The position numbers were made by a program, and so were the translations under genes. Below the pieces are notes generated by a model, which saw only the letters and a list, made by a program, of their open reading frames with translations, was not told where the DNA came from and made no database searches. Positions 58,189-64,000 of a stretch of 64,000 bases of DNA are shown in pieces. How positions within the stretch are numbered: the stretch's first letter is position 1; every line of letters starts with the position of its first letter. Source of the stretch: a virus; the IMG/VR virus record IMGVR_UViG_3300046318_000520, positions 1-64,000 of that record; one strand, written 5' to 3'.

Positions 58189-58782
58189 TCATAATTTTTC
58201 TACTTTAAAAGGATGCCTCATAGTAAAGCAATCCTGTTCTTGGCCCATGTGTTTTTTAAATCCATTAAGCATACTCTGAATATTAGCCGCTCCTACAGGA
58301 TTGTGGGAGTGAACACAGCATTTCTTCAGACTTGTTTTATTATCCTGGCAATAAGATATCAACCAGTCTGCACAGTTAAGCCCGGTCTTTTCTGTAAAAA
58401 GCTCATAGCTGGGATGCTGGTATCCTTGTTGGGCTATCTGCTGATAGTAATCATCCATGTGTTCGTCAGCCAGGTCATGGTCAAAAGAGATCATGTCAGG
58501 GACCCCGTTCTCTGTGATCCAGGCAGTAAACTCATCATAGTTTCTCACTACGTACCAGGGTTCATACCCGGCCATGGTTTCTGTTGGTGTTCTCACGTCA
58601 TCTAAGTATAATGCTTTCTTCATTAGTTCCAGTTTAGTGTTTCCTTTCTTTGGTGGTTTTTCATAAGGACAGTGACGGCATTTATTTCCACAGCAGGAAC
58701 CTCTGTTTAGGAGGAACCTTGCTGTGAAAATGTACATTCTGCCTTCTCTATAGTAGTCTTCGTTACTGTCTGTAGTTTTCAT
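58189..58782 (-). CDS. DUF5522-like Cys motif fused to cyclic-phosphate-processing receiver-like (cREC) domain
   Basis: RGSCCGNKCRHCPY, then LYLDDVR...ISFDHDL...TG..CADWL...VHSHNPVG. The start is moved to MKTT (58782), which overlaps the end of dcd. Confidence 0.7.
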   Translation of the reverse strand: MKTTDSNEDYYREGRMYIFTARFLLNRGSCCGNKCRHCPYEKPPKKGNTKLELMKKALYLDDVRTPTETMAGYEPWYVVRNYDEFTAWITENGVPDMISFDHDLADEHMDDYYQQIAQQGYQHPSYELFTEKTGLNCADWLISYCQDNKTSLKKCCVHSHNPVGAANIQSMLNGFKKHMGQEQDCFTMRHPFKVEKL

Positions 58783-59302
58783 GGTACTTAGATTCCTGTA
58801 CGCCGGTTTGACCATGGTACTTACTACCTGCTTTTTGGTCATAAGTCTCCAGGATCTCTCCTTCTACCCGGGCAAATTCTATCTGGCAGATCTTCATATT
58901 GGGGTAAACAACCACTCTACGGGTAGCCACTAGTTCCAGTACTAGGCTTCCTTCAAAGCCAGTATCTATAAAACCCGCTGTGACATGAATAAAGAGCCCC
59001 AGTCTTCCCAGTGAGCTCTTACCCTCAACCTTAGCTCTGATGTTATTCTTGACCCCTATGCGCTCGTTACAGGCATATAGGTAGACTTCACCTGGTTCCA
59101 AGATGTATCCGTTCTCTGGAATGACCATTTCTATGAACTTGTTTTCTTTGCGTGGATCCAATACACGTTCAGTATAAACTTTAAACGTGGGAGCCAATGT
59201 AAGATCTACACTGTTGGGGTTTACATAAGCCGGGTTTAAAGGGCTGATGATAATATTTCCTTTCTCTATCTCTTGTAGTATTGTCTTATCACTCAGGATC
59301 AT
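58763..59302 (-). CDS. dcd: dCTP deaminase
   Basis: MILSDK, NPNSVDLTL, VEGKSSLGRLGLFIHVTAGFIDTGFEG, LEL, ICQI and SKYHGQ. Confidence 0.93.
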   Translation of the reverse strand: MILSDKTILQEIEKGNIIISPLNPAYVNPNSVDLTLAPTFKVYTERVLDPRKENKFIEMVIPENGYILEPGEVYLYACNERIGVKNNIRAKVEGKSSLGRLGLFIHVTAGFIDTGFEGSLVLELVATRRVVVYPNMKICQIEFARVEGEILETYDQKAGSKYHGQTGVQESKYHENYRQ

Positions 59303-59954
59303 AACCAAATGCTTTTAAAGATTGTTCAAAAGGGTTACCAGGGATTTCTTGCACAAGCTTCAACATTTGCTTGGCTATGTCATGAATCTCCAGCTGGGCA
59401 TGTTCAGAGTATCTGAGATCCTGAAAGTGCATAAAGCTTCTAAAGTTAAACTGTACGTCAGCTGCTATCTGTGAGTTATAGGTCTTGAAAAACCTGGCTG
59501 ATTCCTTAGCGCGCTTGCGTCCCAGGATAGGAGTGAGGTCTGCTAAACATTCATGATATAACCGGTTGCAGTCTTCTGTATTTTCTTTAAGCGTTTTAGC
59601 CCATTCTGTTAATACTTTATCGTGACCACTAGTTTCATGACCCATACTCCAGTCTTCAGGTAGATACATTTTATCTTCCTTTAGCTCTTTATACCGGGCT
59701 GATTCACCGTTTACACTAACACCTATACGGTGTTTAATGATATGAATGTGTGACGCTATGTCACAGTTTACCAAAAAGTGTAAACTGCTTTTCTCAAAAG
59801 GAGTGTGGTGCTCGTCTCTTGCCAGCATTTCAAGTAATGCAGGCATTCTATCTTTTTTACTTTCATAATCACGGGAAGTAGACGTCCATGCCGAGATGGC
59901 ATGGGTCTGGTCTCCTCCATAATATCCTAATAGTTCTACTGAGTTATTTGTCAT
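59289..59954 (-). CDS. thyX: FAD-dependent thymidylate synthase
   Basis: HHTPFEK, KHRIGVSVNGESARY and NFRSFMHFQDLR...HAQLEI. Confidence 0.9.
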   Translation of the reverse strand: MTNNSVELLGYYGGDQTHAISAWTSTSRDYESKKDRMPALLEMLARDEHHTPFEKSSLHFLVNCDIASHIHIIKHRIGVSVNGESARYKELKEDKMYLPEDWSMGHETSGHDKVLTEWAKTLKENTEDCNRLYHECLADLTPILGRKRAKESARFFKTYNSQIAADVQFNFRSFMHFQDLRYSEHAQLEIHDIAKQMLKLVQEIPGNPFEQSLKAFGYDPE

Positions 59955-60115
59955 TTTTCTTTTTTAAGATGCTCTTTTATAGTGTACTCCATCCAGAATC
60001 CAAAAGCAGTTATGGCCAGTATACCCCAGGCTGCAGCTGTTGTACCGCAGTGGTAATAGTCATAAGCTGCAGCTGCTCCGAAGAGCGTAAATAGCACAGT
60101 GCTTAATCTTTTCAT
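59951..60115 (-). CDS. Small membrane protein (54 aa; not in ORF track)
   Basis: MKRLSTVLFTLFGAAAAYDYYHCGTTAAAWGILAITAFGFWMEY...; ATGA overlaps at both ends and two hydrophobic segments. Confidence 0.6.
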   Translation of the reverse strand: MKRLSTVLFTLFGAAAAYDYYHCGTTAAAWGILAITAFGFWMEYTIKEHLKKEK

Positions 60116-60507
60116 GTTGTAGGTGTTTGATTTTCAATAAGCCTGTCACATTTAATCTGCCATCCGTTAGAGTCTACCTGGATCATGGGTACGGAACATC
60201 CGTGAGACTTGGCTTTAGTAAACTCTTCCGGGTTATCATCCAAGTGCCAGGTAAAGTTTGTGCCGTTCAGGTATGTGTACTTCCATTCCATACAGGTAAA
60301 TCTTACTTGGTGTCTTGGTATACCTATTCTATCTACTACTTCCCACAGATCGTCTAGCGTGGCGTTCAGGGGATACTTGTGTTTGTGGTTTTCATCCCAC
60401 CGGGTAGTCACTACCCATACTTCATGACCTTTGTCAATAAGTTCTTTGGCATAATTTTGCACATCCTGAAATTCCAGGGTGCCGTCAAAATCAAAAGATA
60501 GCTTCAT
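60112..60507 (-). CDS. HAD-superfamily phosphatase
   Basis: SFDFDGTL (motif I), VVTTR (motif II), K (motif III) and HLDD (motif IV). Confidence 0.85.
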   Translation of the reverse strand: MKLSFDFDGTLEFQDVQNYAKELIDKGHEVWVVTTRWDENHKHKYPLNATLDDLWEVVDRIGIPRHQVRFTCMEWKYTYLNGTNFTWHLDDNPEEFTKAKSHGCSVPMIQVDSNGWQIKCDRLIENQTPTT

Positions 60508-60598
60508 GTAATAGTTTAAAAAGTGATCTCCATAAAAGAAAGGTGAAAAAAATAATTGTTGTCCAGGTCACAATAAAAGTCCAGTTGTACCGTTTCAT
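60491..60598 (-). CDS. Putative 35-aa membrane peptide
   Basis: MKRYNWTFIVTWTTIIFFTFLLWRSLFKLLHEAIF*. It lies between the promoter and the HAD gene. Confidence 0.4.
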   Translation of the reverse strand: MKRYNWTFIVTWTTIIFFTFLLWRSLFKLLHEAIF

Positions 60599-60616
60599 AC
60601 TCTACAATTTAGACAG

Positions 60617-60648
60617 CTAATGTAGAAATTATTTGTGACATCTACAAA
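60617..60648 (-). promoter_or_regulatory. Bacteroidota-type promoter (-33/-7)
   Basis: On the minus strand, TTTG-N20-TACATTAG (one mismatch to TAnnTTTG). It is embedded in four TGTAGA/TCTACA hexamers. Confidence 0.55.
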
Positions 60649-60661
60649 TGGTTCTACATTA

Positions 60662-60892
60662 TTATTGTACATCGTCAAAAGATATATGGTTTTCACTCAT
60701 GATTTCATGGAGCTTAGTTCTTGTTTGGTCAAGAGCTTCATCTGCGGAGTCTGAGAGACCTTCTTCATATTTAAGCCTGGACCGTAGGTGCTGGTCAAGC
60801 TCATAAAGTGCAGAGTACCAACGACTGGCATGGGAAGCCAGTAAAAACTCTGCATTGTCATCGGGAAGGTTGAATTCAAGGATAGCTTTCAT
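60662..60892 (-). CDS. Conserved-type phage hypothetical protein
   Basis: MKAILEFNLPDD...LDQHLRS.LKY; it overlaps the upstream gene. Confidence 0.7.
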   Translation of the reverse strand: MKAILEFNLPDDNAEFLLASHASRWYSALYELDQHLRSRLKYEEGLSDSADEALDQTRTKLHEIMSENHISFDDVQ

Positions 60893-61106
60893 AATATAAT
60901 TTTCTTACTTTTTCACCCAGTTCCATATCATTGGGTGTGTCTACAATTAATTTTTTAGAAACATGGAGATCAGGGCTTACGTGATTGCCCTTAAAGCAAT
61001 TAATACATAACTGACCAGCTCCTTCTATGTACCCATATCTGAGATCAATATGAGTGTCTACATTAAAGCTGGTGTCTTTACCGCAGGAGATGCATTTATC
61101 TTTCAT
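60876..61106 (-). CDS. Small Zn-finger-like hypothetical protein
   Basis: CISCG...YIEGAGQLCINC. Confidence 0.7.
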   Translation of the reverse strand: MKDKCISCGKDTSFNVDTHIDLRYGYIEGAGQLCINCFKGNHVSPDLHVSKKLIVDTPNDMELGEKVRKLYYESYP

Positions 61107-61112
61107 AGATTA

Positions 61113-61358
61113 TTATTTAGGAATTACATAATTGAAATCAAATATAAAATCATAGAGCTCTTCCTTAGGAATGTTTGTCATTTTAAAAAGCTCCTTTATC
61201 GTATCCAAGTTAGGCTGACAACGCCCAGACTCATAAGCCTGAGTAACATGCCTGGTAATATTTAAAGCTTTACCAAAGGTGTCTTGTGTTACTCCTAACT
61301 TGTGCCTGACTTTCATAAAATTTACATTGATAGGACGTCTGTTGTATATGTTTTTCAT
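61113..61358 (-). CDS. XRE/Cro-family HTH transcriptional regulator
   Basis: RHKLGVTQDTFGKALNITRHVTQAYESGRCQPNLDTI. Confidence 0.85.
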   Translation of the reverse strand: MKNIYNRRPINVNFMKVRHKLGVTQDTFGKALNITRHVTQAYESGRCQPNLDTIKELFKMTNIPKEELYDFIFDFNYVIPK

Positions 61359-61364
61359 AATCTA

Positions 61365-61580
61365 TTATGCAAGTAAGTCTAGCTGATCACCAATAGACCG
61401 GATAGTTCTGCCCAGCTGTTTAGCTAAATTCTTCACAGCTTCTTCATCTAGTGAGTTAAGCCACTCATCTTGTCTATCTTCAGGACAGTCTTCAAATACT
61501 GTGGGTTCTCTACGTTCTTCATCTTCAAACTTGTGAAAGATGTAAATACCTGATATATTTCTACGATTCAGTTTTTCCAT
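61365..61580 (-). CDS. Hypothetical protein
   Basis: 71-aa ORF with a TAATG overlap with the upstream gene. Confidence 0.65.
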   Translation of the reverse strand: MEKLNRRNISGIYIFHKFEDEERREPTVFEDCPEDRQDEWLNSLDEEAVKNLAKQLGRTIRSIGDQLDLLA

Positions 61581-62272
61581 TATAGTGTTATTATGTTTCC
61601 GTGTGAAGTTAGCCCGTAGTCAAACTTGCCGTCATAGACGCAGGCTGCATTAGAGAAAATAGTGGGTGTACTAGAGTAGTGAGATACACCCTGGTTGGTG
61701 ATGACACCGTCCATGTTATGAATGTGACCAAAAGCTACCAGCTTTAAAGAGTCTTTAAGGGCCCAGCAGCGTTTGGTTAACGCTCCACAGCCACACATCT
61801 CAAGGTCACCTTGCTGATCAAAGCTTAGGTCTCTGACACCTTTAGGCGGGCCGTGTACAATGAGAACATTAGTGTCATCTGGGATACCTTCCCAGACTCT
61901 GTTAATCTTCTCACGTCTTTTCATAAAGGCCCACTCACCATAAGTAGGCGTGTGAGGAGATCCCCAGAATTTAAGTCCGTCTATCGTAGTGCTTGCGTTC
62001 TCTAAGTACGTAATACCGGCAGCATGAAAATCTGCAGGTGTAACCATGCGTCTTTCTATAGACGTATCATGATTACCGGCTACAAATATTTTATGCTTGA
62101 CAGGTATGGATTCATACCAGGTAATAAATGATCTCACTTCAGGCTCGTTCCGGTATGGGTCTCTCCAGTTAGAGCAGTCACCACTGTGGATGACTACGTC
62201 TATATCTTTAAAGCGTTCATCAGGAAACGTACCATGAAATCCATGGGTGTCAGATATGTGCAGAATTTTCAT
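61580..62272 (-). CDS. Metallophosphoesterase (MPPED/239FB-like)
   Basis: HISDTHG, HSGD, AGNHD, VHGPP and FGHIH motifs. Confidence 0.92.
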   Translation of the reverse strand: MKILHISDTHGFHGTFPDERFKDIDVVIHSGDCSNWRDPYRNEPEVRSFITWYESIPVKHKIFVAGNHDTSIERRMVTPADFHAAGITYLENASTTIDGLKFWGSPHTPTYGEWAFMKRREKINRVWEGIPDDTNVLIVHGPPKGVRDLSFDQQGDLEMCGCGALTKRCWALKDSLKLVAFGHIHNMDGVITNQGVSHYSSTPTIFSNAACVYDGKFDYGLTSHGNIITL

Positions 62273-62468
62273 AATGTTTGGTTATATAGTTTTTAGCAAA
62301 CTTGATCTTCCATTCACCGGTGTGACCGTCTTCATCAAGAGTATACATAATAGCATCTTCTACTTTTCTTTTTTCTATCTCTATAAGATTAGATACCAGG
62401 TTTTCAAAGACTTCATTGGTCTCGTACCTGGATCTTACATAATCAGCTAAGCGTTGTACTGGGGTCAT
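62250..62468 (-). CDS. Hypothetical protein
   Basis: 72-aa ORF overlapping both neighbours in a tightly packed operon. Confidence 0.6.
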   Translation of the reverse strand: MTPVQRLADYVRSRYETNEVFENLVSNLIEIEKRKVEDAIMYTLDEDGHTGEWKIKFAKNYITKHYENSAHI

Positions 62469-63264
62469 ATCCTTCTTTTTTAAGAATGGTGTTAACAGTA
62501 AACATTAAAGACAATATATCAGAGCCATTCATGATCTTGTGATCAAAGTTCCAATCATCTAGTCCGGTCTCTGATGGGTGAGCGTTGATAGCTTTTACAC
62601 CAGGACGGTCTACACGTATGACAATACCACCGGCATCTTTGATAGCCTGGGCTTCATTAGGAAACCGGGTGTCTGTGATGATCCAGTTGGGTAACTTAGC
62701 ATGATCTTCTGCTCGTACTTGAGGATAGTATTCTCCTGGTTTGTAATCTGCCATCAGAGCATTAACCCAGGTATTAGGATGTAGTCCGTTACGGCAGGCG
62801 TCAGTACCCAGCTCTTGTAAAAACTGTCTGACAGTCATCTGTTGCATACCTACTGCGTATTCCATTCTGAACTCACCGTAGATTTGTTTAAGCATAGGAA
62901 TAAAAGCTTCAGCTTCTTCTTTTGTAGTATACCTGCCCTTCTGAACTAATAGTTTACCATTGTCTATAAGAGATATAGTATAATAATTCCACTGTTCAGG
63001 TAAGTAAGTTTTCTTAAACTCTTGGTCTTCAAACTTGTCTGCTGGAATACCAGTAAGATAGCCAGCTATCATTTTAAGTTTACCTGCCCATTTCTTAATT
63101 TCCCAGCCAGACTCTTCCTCTAACCACCACTCATGTTGTGTATGATAAAAAGTAATAAGCTCTTCTATAGTATACTGGTCAGGAATCTTTGAGTTTGCTA
63201 TTTGTATCAGCTTACCTATAGTGTCTTTGCCAGTTCCAGAGTAACCATTAATTCCAATAATCAT
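62443..63264 (-). CDS. Deoxynucleoside monophosphate kinase (T4 gp1/T5-like)
   Basis: IIGINGYSGTGKDT P-loop, RQFLQELGTDACR, IITDTRFPNEA and HPSE. Confidence 0.9.
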   Translation of the reverse strand: MIIGINGYSGTGKDTIGKLIQIANSKIPDQYTIEELITFYHTQHEWWLEEESGWEIKKWAGKLKMIAGYLTGIPADKFEDQEFKKTYLPEQWNYYTISLIDNGKLLVQKGRYTTKEEAEAFIPMLKQIYGEFRMEYAVGMQQMTVRQFLQELGTDACRNGLHPNTWVNALMADYKPGEYYPQVRAEDHAKLPNWIITDTRFPNEAQAIKDAGGIVIRVDRPGVKAINAHPSETGLDDWNFDHKIMNGSDILSLMFTVNTILKKEGYDPSTTLS

Positions 63265-63279
63265 AATATGTTTTTAAGG

Positions 63280-63302
63280 AGGGAGGGTAGTTAACCCTCC
63301 CT
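63280..63302. terminator. Intergenic hairpin (terminator or mRNA-stabilising stem)
   Basis: Perfect 9-bp stem AGGGAGGGT-AGTTA-ACCCTCCCT. The T-rich flank is on the + side rather than the coding side. Confidence 0.5.
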
Positions 63303-63312
63303 TGTTATTTAT

Positions 63313-63999
63313 TTACTTATCTAATCTGATTCCAACTGTTACCGGAAACCTGGGTAATCCATCATCAGTGTATTCAAAGAATCTGATTTCAGCAGTCTTG
63401 CCGATGTATTGATCTTTAAACATGAGCCAATGCCTACGCTCGTCATGGGAAAACTTCATACCTGAGCTAAACCTCTTTCCGTTTAGTTCATAGATAGGTT
63501 GACCCCATTCTGGTCTGGCATCAGAGGGAACAATATCAATGATAGGTAGTGCCATATCTTTGAAGTCTTTATACTTTAAAAGATTTTCACTTCGTGCATT
63601 AACCTTGTAACTTTCAGAACCCCATCTTACAATGCTTCCTTCAAAACCTTCAGTAAGGTTAAGAGCATGAAATTTGATAAGTTCTTCTTCTGTAGTAATT
63701 CTTATAGTATCAACCAGTTCAATATGCTCACATTGGATATCCCAGCGTTGACTTATTACATCAAACCTGTCAGAGAAAGAATCATCACCTATCATGTCGT
63801 AGTTGTGAAACTTTACCAACTCTGTTTCGTCTGGTCTGTATTTCTTAATGAGCCTCATGTTGTCTTGAAAAGATTTACCATGAGCATAAAGCTCACCATC
63901 CAGTATAAAACCTTCAGGAAGTTTACGCAGGTCAGCCAGGATGTGTTCACAAGTGTCAATAGGAGATCCGGTTCTGGAAGTCAGACTGGCATTAGGACC
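63313..63999 (-). CDS. ATP-dependent DNA ligase, 5'-truncated by window edge
   Basis: The frame is open to the window end: SRTG...LDGELY (motif III), EGSIVR (IV), LLKYK (V) and PRFPV..IR (VI). Confidence 0.92.
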   Translation of the reverse strand, partial: GPNASLTSRTGSPIDTCEHILADLRKLPEGFILDGELYAHGKSFQDNMRLIKKYRPDETELVKFHNYDMIGDDSFSDRFDVISQRWDIQCEHIELVDTIRITTEEELIKFHALNLTEGFEGSIVRWGSESYKVNARSENLLKYKDFKDMALPIIDIVPSDARPEWGQPIYELNGKRFSSGMKFSHDERRHWLMFKDQYIGKTAEIRFFEYTDDGLPRFPVTVGIRLDK

Positions 64000-64000
64000 A

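Noticed and set aside
60600-60635. Minus-strand AAATAATTTCTAC...GTAGA resembles a Cas12a direct repeat (possible RNA anti-CRISPR or mini-array)
   Set aside because: The segment between TCTAC and GTAGA is 16 nt rather than ~4-5 nt. There is no repeat-spacer array, and the hexamers are better explained as the operator-like motif found at other promoters.
58213-62450. Plus-strand ORFs opposite the metabolic operon (58213, 59888, 60127, 60209, 61050, 62247)
   Set aside because: They are antisense shadows of well-supported minus-strand genes.
58763-63264. Hypermodified-base (e.g. dU, hmU, 7-deazaG) pathway
   Set aside because: dcd, thyX and dNMP kinase are sufficient for normal dTTP synthesis, and no modification enzymes are visible in this window.
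1-64000. Stop-codon reassignment (TAG/TGA), known in some crAss-like phages
   Set aside because: Genes up to 14 kb are intact under the standard code with near-complete coding density, and TGA is used as a real stop. I saw no TAG stops, but no in-frame TAG read-through is needed either.
1-64000. tRNA, rRNA, CRISPR array, integrase or IS element
   Set aside because: Intergenic gaps are short, and none showed cloverleaf or repeat-spacer structure. No recombinase or transposase motifs were seen.

Overview
This is a 64-kb fragment of a large lytic dsDNA phage genome, almost certainly crAss-like (Crassvirales or a close relative) and probably infecting Bacteroidota. Host support comes from TAnnTTTG promoters and A-rich leaders without Shine-Dalgarno sites. 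The + strand (1-57999) is the virion module. It carries a mosaic tail-fibre cluster (one fibre has an SGNH esterase), a Cys-rich/FN3 five-gene operon, an HNH endonuclease, a metallophosphoesterase, and the IHF-like/ring/ring/zincin/muzzle tail block. These are followed by giant cargo (ejected) proteins, including a 4791-aa virion RNA polymerase polyprotein (GADFDID motif) and a 1518-aa PD-(D/E)xK protein. After a bidirectional terminator, the - strand (58012-64000) carries nucleotide metabolism and replication genes (cREC-domain protein, dcd, thyX, HAD, XRE-HTH, phosphoesterase, dNMP kinase, truncated ATP-dependent ligase). The most striking unexplained signal is in three consecutive cargo ORFs (25817-35807). 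They are built as strings of small unrelated modules separated by about 20 copies of a Phi-x-x-G-G motif, which suggests a protease-processed 'cassette polyprotein' system. Also notable are a fixed-spacing bipartite late-promoter/operator motif, clusters of TGTAGA/TCTACA hexamers at promoters, and a candidate pseudoknotted RNA. All family assignments come from motif recognition by eye; no searches were run.
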